This document shows positions 30,429-39,874 of a DNA stretch of 64,000 bases, piece after piece. The notes under the pieces are model-generated. The model made no database searches and had not been told where the DNA came from. It saw only the letters and a list, made by a program, of their open reading frames with translations. The DNA comes from Nitrospirota bacterium (lineage in GTDB: Bacteria > Nitrospirota > UBA9217): the NCBI GenBank assembly GCA_963754875.1, contig CAVWHO010000003.1, positions 1 through 64,000 of the forward strand, given 5' to 3'. The position numbers were made by a program, and so were the translations under genes. The first letter of the stretch is position 1. Each line of letters opens with the position of its first letter.

Positions 30429-31526
30429 TTATTTTTTTAGAATGAGCTTTGCCGCAAGGATCGCTTTTGCCCTCTTCAAATGGCTTTTCACCGATTCACT
30501 GTCAACGATGGCAAGGTGGATCTCTTTGGCGATCTCCTCTTCCCCTGCCGCGCTCGCCTTCGCTGCCCAATCGCGGTAATTCTCCATGTGGCTGTCGCCG
30601 TGTTCTATCCAGTGTTCGAGCATGACCTGCAATTTTTGCAGGTCTTCAGTGCCGTGACCATGCTCCTGTTCGTGGGAATGGCTGTGGTGTTTGTGGTTAT
30701 CGTGCATTGCGCCTCCATTTGAGTGAATATGTCCGAAATGACCATGCCGGTGGACATGGGCCGTGTCTCCGTGATAGTGAGCATGTTCGTGGATCAGATT
30801 CACCCTGAGCAGCAGTTCCTCATTCGTCATGATGTCGGAAAACGCGCCGTCCGCCGCCACGGAGTGGTCTTCCGAAAGAACGACGGCCCGCTCGGCTATA
30901 TCGCCGGCGATTGAGAGATCATGAGTGGCTGAAATGATCGTCTTCCCTTTTTGGTGCAGGTCATGAAGAATCTCGATGAGCCAAACCTGGGTCCGGGGGT
31001 CGAGTCCGTTCGTGGGCTCGTCCAGTAAAAGTACTTCCGGGTCAGTCGCCAGGCTTGACGCGATGGCCACCTTCTTCTTCTGACCGTCCGACAGCGTATG
31101 AGGAGCGCGATCGCGAAGTTCCGCGATGCGGAGCGACTCGAGCTGTTTCTCTACGATATCGTTGATTTCCGATGGCGAAATACCGAGCTGCAGCGGGCCG
31201 AAGGCGATCTCGTCCCAGACGGTGGCTGAAAAAAGCTGGACGTCGGGGTTCGAAAACACGAGGGCGACCCTCTTGCGGAAATCCGTGGAAAAAACCCGTT
31301 CCTCGAGCGCAACTTCGGACAGCGGCCTCCCGAAGGCCCTGATCGTCCCCGAGTCGGGGAAGACCAGGCCGTCCATGAGAAAAAGGAGCGTGGATTTGCC
31401 CGTGCCGTTCGCGCCCAGGATAACCGTACGGCCTCCTGCCGGGAAGTCGAGTGTCATGTCCCGTAAAACCGGTGTGCCGTTCGCATAGGCATAGGTGATA
31501 TTCTGTAAACTGAGCGCATGCGTCAT
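30429..31526 (-). CDS. nikO: ECF-type Ni/Co transporter ATPase (NikO/CbiO), in frame with a His-rich C-terminal domain
   Basis: GANGTGKST, LSDGQKKKVAIA, LLLDEPT and ATHD, then a His-rich linker and an LEHWIEH..SH domain. Confidence 0.88.
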   Translation of the reverse strand: MTHALSLQNITYAYANGTPVLRDMTLDFPAGGRTVILGANGTGKSTLLFLMDGLVFPDSGTIRAFGRPLSEVALEERVFSTDFRKRVALVFSNPDVQLFSATVWDEIAFGPLQLGISPSEINDIVEKQLESLRIAELRDRAPHTLSDGQKKKVAIASSLATDPEVLLLDEPTNGLDPRTQVWLIEILHDLHQKGKTIISATHDLSIAGDIAERAVVLSEDHSVAADGAFSDIMTNEELLLRVNLIHEHAHYHGDTAHVHRHGHFGHIHSNGGAMHDNHKHHSHSHEQEHGHGTEDLQKLQVMLEHWIEHGDSHMENYRDWAAKASAAGEEEIAKEIHLAIVDSESVKSHLKRAKAILAAKLILKK

Positions 31527-32399
31527 CGGAAGGCTCCCCTATCCGCAAAAAGAAGCAGCGCTGCGATTGCCGATACGGTCAGCATCCAAGCACAATCGAG
31601 TCCCCTCATGCGGAAACGGCTCACGGTCCTGAATTCGCCGTGAAACCCCCGGGACAGCATGGCCTTATACACGTCATCGCCCATTTCTATGGTTTTTTTG
31701 AAGGTGACGCCGATGCGCGACGCGGTCCAATTCCGCTCAACTGCAGGGGTCAACGGCCGTATTGTCCTGCTCATCCTGCCGCGGTACATGTCCTGGACCA
31801 GCCGAAGCAGAACGAAGAGATAGCGCTCGGTCATGCTGAGCGTGACCACGAAAATGCGGGGAACGAACAGAGCGCGGAGGCCGGAGAATATCTCGGCCCA
31901 CTTCGTCGTGAGCGTCAGCAGAACGGCCAAAGAGACCGATGCAGAGACCCGGGAAACCAGCATTACTGCGCCCCAGAGCCCCTGCCGCGTCACCGCGATT
32001 TCCGCGGGAATCGTGTAAGGCCCCCAGGTATGGCTTCGCGAGAGCTTCAAAAGGACCAACACCGGTTCGCCAGGAGTGATGATATTCAAGATTGCCGGCA
32101 GAACGATCGCCGCCGAAAACAAGCGGGACAAAGAGCCAGACGCGTTTGATGAAGAACCAGAGCGGTACGCGGGAGAAGAGAGCCAGGACGAGGCAGAAGC
32201 CGTAGGCGATCCAGATGGTCTGCGGGGTGCGAAACACACTGACGAGAACGATGAGGCACAGGAAACTGACGAGCTTCACGCGGACATCGAGCGCCTGAAG
32301 CAAGCCCTGTTGCCTGGCATAGACCTCGGAGAGCAGGGACTGCTCTGCAACCTGAGCTGCAGCCAACAGCGTCTTGTCCAGGAATTTAACGTGAGACAA
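31523..32399 (-). CDS. nikQ: ECF transmembrane component NikQ/CbiQ; 1-nt frameshift near 32120
   Basis: GLLQALDVRVKL N-terminus; TERYLFVL and VYKAMLSRGF C-terminus in the adjacent frame. Confidence 0.88.
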
Positions 32400-32427
32400 A
32401 ACCGTCTCCTCTCACAGCCGTCACGGC

Positions 32428-32766
32428 CTACCGCGAGCCGTTCTTACGACTCAGCAGCTTCGTAATAATATACATGATGCCCGCTATGAGCGCAATACCG
32501 ATGACGGCGGAAAGCACATAACCAATACTTTCGACTGCCAGCCTTTTGCTCCCGGCGGGTAAGTCGTAATTAGGCAACGGCGCCTTCCAGATCCCGGCTA
32601 TACGTTTAAATCCTTCAGGAACGGACCCCGCGACCTTCTCGATCTCCGTAAGACCCCACTCGCCCCATGCGCCGCCGGCGCCGAACCACTTCGGGATGAT
32701 GATCCCGAGAGGCGAAAGGAGGGCCAGCACGCCTACGCAGATCCACAGTTTTTTTGATGTGGTCAT
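32428..32766 (-). CDS. nikN: NikN / PDGLE-like small membrane component
   Basis: LLSPLG, AWGEWG and APLPNY motifs, two TM helices, located between nikM and nikQ. Confidence 0.8.
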   Translation of the reverse strand: MTTSKKLWICVGVLALLSPLGIIIPKWFGAGGAWGEWGLTEIEKVAGSVPEGFKRIAGIWKAPLPNYDLPAGSKRLAVESIGYVLSAVIGIALIAGIMYIITKLLSRKNGSR

Positions 32767-32788
32767 GCTTCCTCCCTTTCACTCCGGT

Positions 32789-33457
32789 TCAATGAAGCAT
32801 TTCCGGATTATTCTTCTGAAAGTATTTGACCACCAGGGCGGTGATCAGGGCTTCGACAAAACCGAACAACAGCAAGTGCTCTGCTGCCATGGCCGGGATC
32901 GCAATGCTCAGCGGAAAGGGAGAATAGAGCGGTTGGCCGGATGCGGATTTTTCCAGGATCGGCTGGATGCCGAACTCGATTGCCGTGACCAGAGCAGACA
33001 CATTCAGGCTCACATACGCTGCGATTGCAGCGGCGACCAACCTCCTTTTGTCCGTTGGAGCAGAGTTTGCAGCGATCAGGCGATATACGCCGTAACCGGT
33101 AAATACCCCGACCACGGCCATGTTAAAGCAGTTCGCGCCGATGGCAGTGATGCCGCCGTCGCCGAACAGGAGCGCCTGAATGATCAGCGCAACGGACACC
33201 GAGATCAACGCGGCCCAGGGCCCCAGCAAAATGGCGACCAGCGTGGCGCTCGTCGCGTGGCCCGTGGTCCCGCCGATGATCGGAATGTTGAACATCATGA
33301 TCACGAAACTGAAGGCCGCACCGAGCGCCAGATAGGGCGCCTGTTTCGACTGGAGCGTTCTGTTCAGCTTTCGGGCAGCAATCGCCCAAAAGGAAATGGT
33401 AACAGCATACATCGTTCCGTACGTGGCCGGTCCCAAATACCCGTCGGGAATATGCAT
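32789..33457 (-). CDS. nikM: ECF substrate-binding component NikM/CbiM
   Basis: N-terminal MHIPDGYL metal-binding motif, GGTTGH and FGDGGITAIGAN. Confidence 0.93.
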   Translation of the reverse strand: MHIPDGYLGPATYGTMYAVTISFWAIAARKLNRTLQSKQAPYLALGAAFSFVIMMFNIPIIGGTTGHATSATLVAILLGPWAALISVSVALIIQALLFGDGGITAIGANCFNMAVVGVFTGYGVYRLIAANSAPTDKRRLVAAAIAAYVSLNVSALVTAIEFGIQPILEKSASGQPLYSPFPLSIAIPAMAAEHLLLFGFVEALITALVVKYFQKNNPEMLH

Positions 33458-33622
33458 GATCTTCTCCCTCCGAAACAGTGTGCGCGTCATGCTTCAACTT
33501 TACTTAAAATCTGTACGTAAGGCCAAAAGCGACCAGTGGGTCTCAGACGCTGCACCGGGCATGCCGCGCTCGACACCGGCTTTGATCACGGTGCCATCGG
33601 CCTGTCCCTGCCGGAATCTTCG

Positions 33623-33649
33623 GTGTTACTTTTTTATTTTTTGTAACAC
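33623..33649. promoter_or_regulatory. NikR operator 1 (overlaps the -10 of the nikM promoter TTGACA-N17-TACAAA on the minus strand)
   Basis: Perfect palindrome GTGTTAC-N13-GTAACAC. Confidence 0.85.
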
Positions 33650-33676
33650 AACAGAAGAATGTTGTCAAGAATTATT

Positions 33677-33703
33677 GTGCTACGTTTATGTATTCAGTAA
33701 CAC
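33677..33703. promoter_or_regulatory. NikR operator 2 (just upstream of the nikM -35)
   Basis: GTGCTAC-N13-GTAACAC. Confidence 0.8.
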
Positions 33704-33879
33704 AAACACTGGTTCCAGCCAGCGCTGGGGCCGGGTACGACGGAGGAAGATTGATAAGTAACCTATGAGGAAGGTAACTGCAATTTGATCAGTGTTGGCC
33801 GTAGCCCGGCATGCAGCCTGCCCCCTGGAGAAGGACAAATAATCATAACGGTCGCGGGCTTTGCATCCAGCGTTATCGT

Positions 33880-34665
33880 TCAGAATCTCCAAGCCGTTCC
33901 CGCAAGTGTCGTATAGTCTTCGGCATCCTTGCTCAATCCGGCGCGCGCGGCGAGATCGATATACCACGTCCGGGAAATATCATACTTGAAACCGGCCATG
34001 AACGTATAGGGCTGGGTAAACGCCTGTGTCCCCAACTCTTTATTCTTCGTTTTTCTGTCCTCGCCTGCAAGCTCTGTTAAAAAATGAAAGGACTCTGTGA
34101 TTTTGTGTTCCAGGGAGAGGCCAAAACGAAAGGCGTAATTCTCGGCAAAATGCTGACTCTTCCAGTCCTCACCCACGAGTTCGTAGGCGGCACTGACACG
34201 ATAAATGTTGCTGCAGCATCCCTGTTGGTCCATTACTTGGATACCGAAGAGCACGTTATCGGTTCCGAGTCCTTTGGCTACGTCCCCGGTAGGAAGGCCG
34301 GCGTAGATTTGGAAACCGGAGGACTGGTTCACTTCATTCTCGTTAGTTCGGTATTTAAGCTTCAGTTGAACGTCTCCTACTCCTTTTTCATACTGATCCG
34401 TAACGGGGCTCCGGTCCAGCAGAAGATAGGGGACCTCAAGGATGACATCCGTATTATCGCCGGTTCCTGCCCTAATGACCCCGCTCAGGTCGGTTGCCGA
34501 ACTGCCAGTGTTTTTCAACTTCGTATAGTCGCCGTTCAGCTCGAAGAGAAAGTTGCCCTTTCCCTGCGTGTCCGTATCTTCCACCTGGGACGGATGGACG
34601 GCCCATACCGACGTCGGCAGAAGCAGTAAAATACCGAGAATACATCCTGCTATTGCATTGCGCAT
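33880..34665 (-). CDS. Outer-membrane beta-barrel, 'transporter'/MetA-pathway-like family
   Basis: Signal peptide, EDTDTQGKG, GVGDVQLKLKYR, LPTGD..KGLG and C-terminal WRF; directly downstream of nikR. Confidence 0.78.
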   Translation of the reverse strand: MRNAIAGCILGILLLLPTSVWAVHPSQVEDTDTQGKGNFLFELNGDYTKLKNTGSSATDLSGVIRAGTGDNTDVILEVPYLLLDRSPVTDQYEKGVGDVQLKLKYRTNENEVNQSSGFQIYAGLPTGDVAKGLGTDNVLFGIQVMDQQGCCSNIYRVSAAYELVGEDWKSQHFAENYAFRFGLSLEHKITESFHFLTELAGEDRKTKNKELGTQAFTQPYTFMAGFKYDISRTWYIDLAARAGLSKDAEDYTTLAGTAWRF

Positions 34666-34724
34666 ACACGATCTCCTGTAATTTTCCTGTGTCAAAAAAG
34701 GGTTGTGATGCCGCTTGACCGGCG

Positions 34725-35143
34725 CTACACCAGTTCTTTCCCTGTTGTCGTCATCGTCAGCTTGCCGTGCTTCACTCCGCGTGTGCCGATAAGACGGTCC
34801 GCGATCTTTTTGATCTCATGGCTCTTGCCCTTGACGACCAGGACCTCGAGGCAGTTATGAGCGTCAAGATGAACATGGAGAGCAGAAATGATCTGGTGGA
34901 AGGATTGGTGCTGCATGTCCGTGAGCGCGTGCTCCAGTTCGCGGGTATGATGGTTGTACACGATGGTAATGGTGCCCACCGTCTCCCGATTTTCCGCTTC
35001 CCATTCCTGCTCCACGAGGCTGTCGCGGATCATATCGCGGATGGCCTCGGAGCGGGTAGTATACCCTTTCTTACGACGAGCGCATCAAATTTTTTTATCA
35101 GCTGGCTGTCAATGGAAACGCCGAAGCGGGTCAGGCCGGACAT
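34725..35143 (-). CDS. nikR: Nickel-responsive regulator NikR; 1-nt deletion near 35065
   Basis: [12 protein letters not shown] ribbon-helix-helix, [27 protein letters not shown] and GVKHGKL; restoring one G in GGG joins the frames. Confidence 0.95.
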
Positions 35144-35153
35144 GAGGACCTCC

Positions 35154-35181
35154 GTGTTACGTTTTTTTAAATTAGTAACAC
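35154..35181. promoter_or_regulatory. NikR operator 3 (autoregulatory; overlaps the -10 of TTGACA-N17-TACTAA on the minus strand)
   Basis: GTGTTAC-N14-GTAACAC immediately upstream of the nikR RBS. Confidence 0.8.
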
Positions 35182-35305
35182 GATAGCATTTTTCTGTCAA
35201 GCGTTTTTTCGCTCCGGCCATATTCACCTTGACAACCCCACCCTTCCTTTGTTACTTTATAGCCATCGTAACGATGCCGAATCTATGTGCACAGGAGAAA
35301 TAATT

Positions 35306-36085
35306 ATGAGAAGAATACAAATGTTCGCCGTAGGTGTGTTCGTCCTTGCCATGCTCGCTATTCCCTATCGCGCTTTTGCTTTCCTTGGACTCGAAGTGGG
35401 CGTGGGATACTGGAACCAGTCACCGTCAGGTACGCTGGGTTATAAAGGGACAACGGCAGCTGATGAACTTGATCTCAAAAACGATCTAAATTACAACAGC
35501 AAGAGCAGCCCTTTTGTTCGCGTGAAGATCGATCTTCCGCTGATTTTGCCGAATATCTATCTCATGGCTACGCCAATGTCCTTTGACGGGACCGGGTCCA
35601 AGACCGTCCCCTTCAGTTATGGCGGGCAGACTTTCAACGCCAACGTTCCGATCAGCTCGAAAGTCAAGCTGGACCACTACGATGTGGCGCTATATTATCC
35701 GATTCCTCTGCTCAAGACCGCGACACTCGGCAAACTCAATATTGACCTCGGTTTGAATGCGCGAAAAATTGATTTTGAAGGTACCATCAGCCAGGATTCG
35801 CTAGGTTTGACCGCGTCCAAGAGCCTGTCGATCTATTTGCCGATGGTCTATGCAGGCGTGCAGGTGAAGCCGATTTCACTGTTCGCCATCGAGGGGGAAT
35901 TCAGAGGAATCGCCATAGGCCAGAACCACTATTATGATTACATCGCCAAGGTGAGAATCAATCCGATCCCGGTAGTCTACATCAGCGGCGGGTACCGGTC
36001 CGAGGACGTCAAGATCGACCAGAGTGACGTGAAGGCAAATTTAAAGTTCAGCGGCCCCTTTGTCGAGGCTGGCGTAAGTTTCTAG
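35306..36085 (+). CDS. Outer-membrane beta-barrel protein (TIGR04219-like)
   Basis: Signal peptide, YWNQSPSG, PLILPNIYL, amphipathic strands and C-terminal FSGPF.EAGVSF. Confidence 0.8.
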   Translation: MRRIQMFAVGVFVLAMLAIPYRAFAFLGLEVGVGYWNQSPSGTLGYKGTTAADELDLKNDLNYNSKSSPFVRVKIDLPLILPNIYLMATPMSFDGTGSKTVPFSYGGQTFNANVPISSKVKLDHYDVALYYPIPLLKTATLGKLNIDLGLNARKIDFEGTISQDSLGLTASKSLSIYLPMVYAGVQVKPISLFAIEGEFRGIAIGQNHYYDYIAKVRINPIPVVYISGGYRSEDVKIDQSDVKANLKFSGPFVEAGVSF

Positions 36086-36117
36086 CCGCTCAACGCTGCA
36101 ATATCTCGAAGCTACGT

Positions 36118-36151
36118 AAAAGCCCCGGCCATTATGCCGCGGGCTTTTTTT
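36118..36151 (+). terminator. Rho-independent terminator
   Basis: AAAAGCCCCGGC...GCCGCGGGCTTTTTTT. Confidence 0.8.
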
Positions 36152-36287
36152 ATTTCCTCCCTTCCGCTTGATCCGGGCTCACGTTAGAGACAATAATCTT
36201 GACAAACTATCATCCCTTTGATAGGGTAACGTCACGTCATCTCTGGCAAATTATCAGTGGAGCACGGTATCAATAAGGAGGCTTTAC

Positions 36288-37037
36288 ATGAAGAAATCGG
36301 TATTAGTACTTCTGATTTTAGTTCTCTCCGCAGTTCCTGCAATGGCAAACACGAGTTTTACTTTTCAGCCTGGTTATACACAAGACATGTTCAAGAGCCT
36401 CAGCACCGAACTCGGTCTCGCCATCAGCTATAATCCCCTCTCGCCTGCCGAGCCCCTCGGCGGGCTTCTTCCGGGTTTTGATGCCGGCGTCGAGATGACT
36501 GCGGTGAAAATCAACAAAGATAGTGCATTCTGGTCTCAGGCTGTTCAAGGATCATCCCTGCCGACGTATCTCCCCCTCGCCAAGGTGCATGTTCAGGTCG
36601 GTCTTCCCGTGATTCCTCTCGACCTCGGGGTAATGTACTCGGAAGTGCCGAACACTGATATCAAACTCATCGGCGGCGAACTCAAGTATGCTATCCTTAA
36701 GGGCGGCATCGTCATGCCGGCTGTCGCGGTTCGGGGAGCCTACACCAAATTATCCGGCGTTGACGTCTTCGACATGGAGACCAAGTCTCTCGACCTTTCG
36801 ATCAGCAAGGGTTTTTTGATCCTGACCCCGTATGCGGGTATTGGCGAGGTGTGGATAACGAGCACGCCGAAAGGTGCCGCAGCGGCTGCTCCCCTCAATC
36901 TCACGAAAGAGAACATAACCCAGACCAAGGAATTTATCGGCGCAAAACTTGCCTTTTTCCCGTTCATGAACCTTGTGGCGGAAGCCGATTTTTCAAAGGT
37001 GAACGCCTACTCCCTGAGATTGAACGTGCATTTCTAA
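36288..37037 (+). CDS. Exported beta-barrel-like hypothetical protein
   Basis: Signal peptide, SPAEPLG..GFD.G, ISKGFLILTPYAGIG and C-terminal F. Confidence 0.7.
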   Translation: MKKSVLVLLILVLSAVPAMANTSFTFQPGYTQDMFKSLSTELGLAISYNPLSPAEPLGGLLPGFDAGVEMTAVKINKDSAFWSQAVQGSSLPTYLPLAKVHVQVGLPVIPLDLGVMYSEVPNTDIKLIGGELKYAILKGGIVMPAVAVRGAYTKLSGVDVFDMETKSLDLSISKGFLILTPYAGIGEVWITSTPKGAAAAAPLNLTKENITQTKEFIGAKLAFFPFMNLVAEADFSKVNAYSLRLNVHF

Positions 37038-37062
37038 AACACTGCTTCGAGTCGTCTTTCCC

Positions 37063-37094
37063 AGCCCCCGGTCTGAGACACGGGGGCTTTTTTT
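37063..37094 (+). terminator. Rho-independent terminator
   Basis: AGCCCCCG...CGGGGGCTTTTTTT. Confidence 0.8.
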
Positions 37095-37153
37095 GTATCC
37101 TTTTCATGGACCATACCCTTGCCGCATCTCCCTCTTTGTGTTATATTCCCTTC

Positions 37154-37939
37154 GTGGAAACCAAAAGAGAAACGCCGGTGCTCAAAGTGAACGGCAGCAA
37201 CGTCGAAGGAATCATCGATGAAGTGGCGTCAGAACTGCCGATCAGGCTGGTACTGAACAATGAACCGCTCGTTACGCTCCTCTGCACTCCGGCCGAGCTC
37301 AAAGAACTCGCTGTTGGTTTTCTCCTGTCCGAAGGGCTTCTCCGGGACAAAGCTATGATCAAAAAATTGGAAGTAGATGAGCGGGAGTCGGCAATACGGA
37401 TCGAGCTCTCTGATCTTCCTCCGGATTTTTCCAAACTGTTCGAAAAGCGGACCATCTCCTCGGGCTGCGGCAAGGGCGTGACTTTTACGAGCTACCAAAT
37501 GCCTGCAGACAAAAGAATCGACGTCAAAGGCCGGCTCATGGGCCTCGACGACATCAGGCGCCTGCTCGGGACCTTCCGGACCATTTCAAAACTCTACCTC
37601 GATACGGGCGGTGTACACAGCGCTGCGCTCTCCGACGGAAAGGAGATCCTCCTTTTCTCAGAGGACATCGGACGGCATAATGCCGTGGACAAACTTATCG
37701 GCAAGGCGTTTTTGCAGTCCCTGTCAGTGGAGGACAAAATCCTGCTTACGAGCGGCAGAGTCACGTCGGAGATCGTGACCAAGGCCGGCAGGAACCGTTT
37801 TCCCATATTGATCAGCCGCGCCGCGCCGTCCTGTATGGCAATCAGTTATGCCGAAGACATGGGAATCACGCTTGTCGGATTCGCGCGCGGAGACAGGATG
37901 AACATCTATTCGTGGCCGACGAGAATACAATTGGATTGA
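37154..37939 (+). CDS. fdhD: Formate dehydrogenase accessory sulfurtransferase FdhD
   Basis: CTP..LKELAVGFLLSEG, SSGCG, TGGVHSAAL, EDIGRHNAVDKLIG, TSGR and ITLVGFAR; start set at GTG 37154. Confidence 0.94.
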   Translation: METKRETPVLKVNGSNVEGIIDEVASELPIRLVLNNEPLVTLLCTPAELKELAVGFLLSEGLLRDKAMIKKLEVDERESAIRIELSDLPPDFSKLFEKRTISSGCGKGVTFTSYQMPADKRIDVKGRLMGLDDIRRLLGTFRTISKLYLDTGGVHSAALSDGKEILLFSEDIGRHNAVDKLIGKAFLQSLSVEDKILLTSGRVTSEIVTKAGRNRFPILISRAAPSCMAISYAEDMGITLVGFARGDRMNIYSWPTRIQLD

Positions 37940-38096
37940 TTAGACCCTCCCCGTACCGGACAACCGGCCATGCTATTGCAACCTGCCTCATGCGCCACAC
38001 GTGCTACCTTTGTCAGTTGAAATACAGCGGTATTTCTGTTATCTTTAAGTGCAGGGTATTCCGAATCGGGAATACCTTTTGGTTTGAAGGAGGAAT

Positions 38097-39815
38097 ATGA
38101 ACAATCTGCACGAATTCACCGCCGAGCCCATGATCTCCTACTTTTCCATGGAAATCGGCGTAAAAAACGATATCCCGACCTATAGCGGCGGCCTCGGCAT
38201 CCTGGCCGGCGACACCATCAAATCCGCGGCTGACCTGGAGCTCCCCATCGTGGCGGTAACGCTCATCACGCACAAAGGATATTTCAATCAGGAAATAGAT
38301 GCCAGCGGCTGGCAGAGGGAAAAACCCGTGGTGTGGGACCCCGCAAAATATATGACCCTTCTCCCCGAAAAAGTCAAGGTTCAGATCGAGGAGCGGGACG
38401 TCTACATTCAGGCCTGGATGTATATGGTCGTAAGCCCCACGGGCGGCAAGGTGCCCATTCTGTTTCTCGACACGGACCTGCCGGAAAATGCAACGCAGGA
38501 CAGGGTGCTGACGGACTATCTGTACGGCGGAGACAGCGATTACCGCATCAAGCAGGAGGTCGTCTTGGGCATGGGGGGTGTCCGCATGCTCCATGCCCTT
38601 GAATTTCATATCAAGAAATACCACATGAACGAAGGTCATGCCAGTTTCTTGGCGCTCGAACTTCTCCTGCGGTTCAAACGGGACATCGAGAGCGTATGGG
38701 ACGAGCGATCGGTGTGGGATGTGACCAGGGTAAGGGACCTCTGCGTCTTCACCACGCACACACCCGTTGAAGCAGGGCACGATAAATTCCCCTATCCCCT
38801 CGTCAAGAAGGTACTTGGTGAGATCATTCCCTTCGATGTTTTAAAAGATCTCGCAGGCGCGGACAACCTCAACATGACGCTGCTCGCGCTTAATCTGAGC
38901 AATTACGTCAACGGCGTTGCGAAGAAACACGGTGAGGTGTCACAACACATGTTCCCCGGATACCATATCCATGCCATCACGAACGGCGTGCATACTTTTA
39001 CCTGGACCTGCGAAGATATGGCCAAACTCTTCGATAAATACATTCCCGGATGGGCGAATGAACCCGAGCTTTTCGTCCGTACAGGCGTTATTCCGGAGTT
39101 GGAGCTCTGGGAAGCGCACCGCGCAGCGAAGAGAAAGCTGCTTACCTATGTCGGCGAAGCCACCGGTGTTGTGATGGACCCCAATGTTCTGACACTGGGA
39201 TTTGCCCGCCGGGCAACGGCATATAAGAGACCGCATCTGCTCTTTTCCGATGTCGACCGTCTTCTCAGGATCGCTGAAAAAAAAGGGCTGCAGATCATCT
39301 ACGCAGGCAAGGCGCACCCTCATGACGACAACGGCAAAAGGCTGATCCAGGGGATCTATGGTTACCGCGATAAACTCAAAGGAAAGATCTCAATTGCCTT
39401 CCTCCCCGGCTATGACATGGACATAGCGCTCAAGCTCGTCTCCGGCGTGGACGTGTGGCTCAACACGCCGCTGCGTCCGCTCGAAGCTTCGGGTACAAGC
39501 GGCATGAAGGCCGCGCACAACGGCGTCGTGAATTTCAGTGTGTTGGACGGTTGGTGGATCGAAGGGCATATTGAGGGATTTACGGGGTGGTCGATCGGCG
39601 CTCTGCCGACCGAAAAGGCGTTGCCGGGCTCGTCCGACGCCGAGGATGCCGCAGACCTGTACGACAAGCTTGAGAACTTGATTATTCCGAAATATTACGA
39701 CCCGGACAAGAGCAAGTGGAGCCGTATGATGAAAAATGCAATCAGCAAGAACGCCTACTACTTTAACAGCCACCGAATGATGCGGCGGTATGTGACGGAA
39801 GCGTATATCAGATGA
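38097..39815 (+). CDS. glgP: Alpha-glucan (glycogen) phosphorylase, short form
   Basis: YFSMEIG, YSGGLGILAGD, HMNEGH, FARRATAYKR and EASGTSGMKAAHNG. Confidence 0.95.
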   Translation: MNNLHEFTAEPMISYFSMEIGVKNDIPTYSGGLGILAGDTIKSAADLELPIVAVTLITHKGYFNQEIDASGWQREKPVVWDPAKYMTLLPEKVKVQIEERDVYIQAWMYMVVSPTGGKVPILFLDTDLPENATQDRVLTDYLYGGDSDYRIKQEVVLGMGGVRMLHALEFHIKKYHMNEGHASFLALELLLRFKRDIESVWDERSVWDVTRVRDLCVFTTHTPVEAGHDKFPYPLVKKVLGEIIPFDVLKDLAGADNLNMTLLALNLSNYVNGVAKKHGEVSQHMFPGYHIHAITNGVHTFTWTCEDMAKLFDKYIPGWANEPELFVRTGVIPELELWEAHRAAKRKLLTYVGEATGVVMDPNVLTLGFARRATAYKRPHLLFSDVDRLLRIAEKKGLQIIYAGKAHPHDDNGKRLIQGIYGYRDKLKGKISIAFLPGYDMDIALKLVSGVDVWLNTPLRPLEASGTSGMKAAHNGVVNFSVLDGWWIEGHIEGFTGWSIGALPTEKALPGSSDAEDAADLYDKLENLIIPKYYDPDKSKWSRMMKNAISKNAYYFNSHRMMRRYVTEAYIR

Positions 39816-39874
39816 ATTTAAGAGGTTCGTCGATGTAACGTCAAAAAAATTACTTCGGCTCTATCCGCGATCGC

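Noticed and set aside
35055..35070. Programmed frameshifting in nikR
   Set aside because: No slippery heptamer or stimulatory structure; a missing G in a short run matches the window-wide indel pattern.
36851..37153. N-terminal 100-aa extension of the fdhD ORF
   Set aside because: Overlaps the previous gene and a terminator; FdhD similarity starts near 37154.
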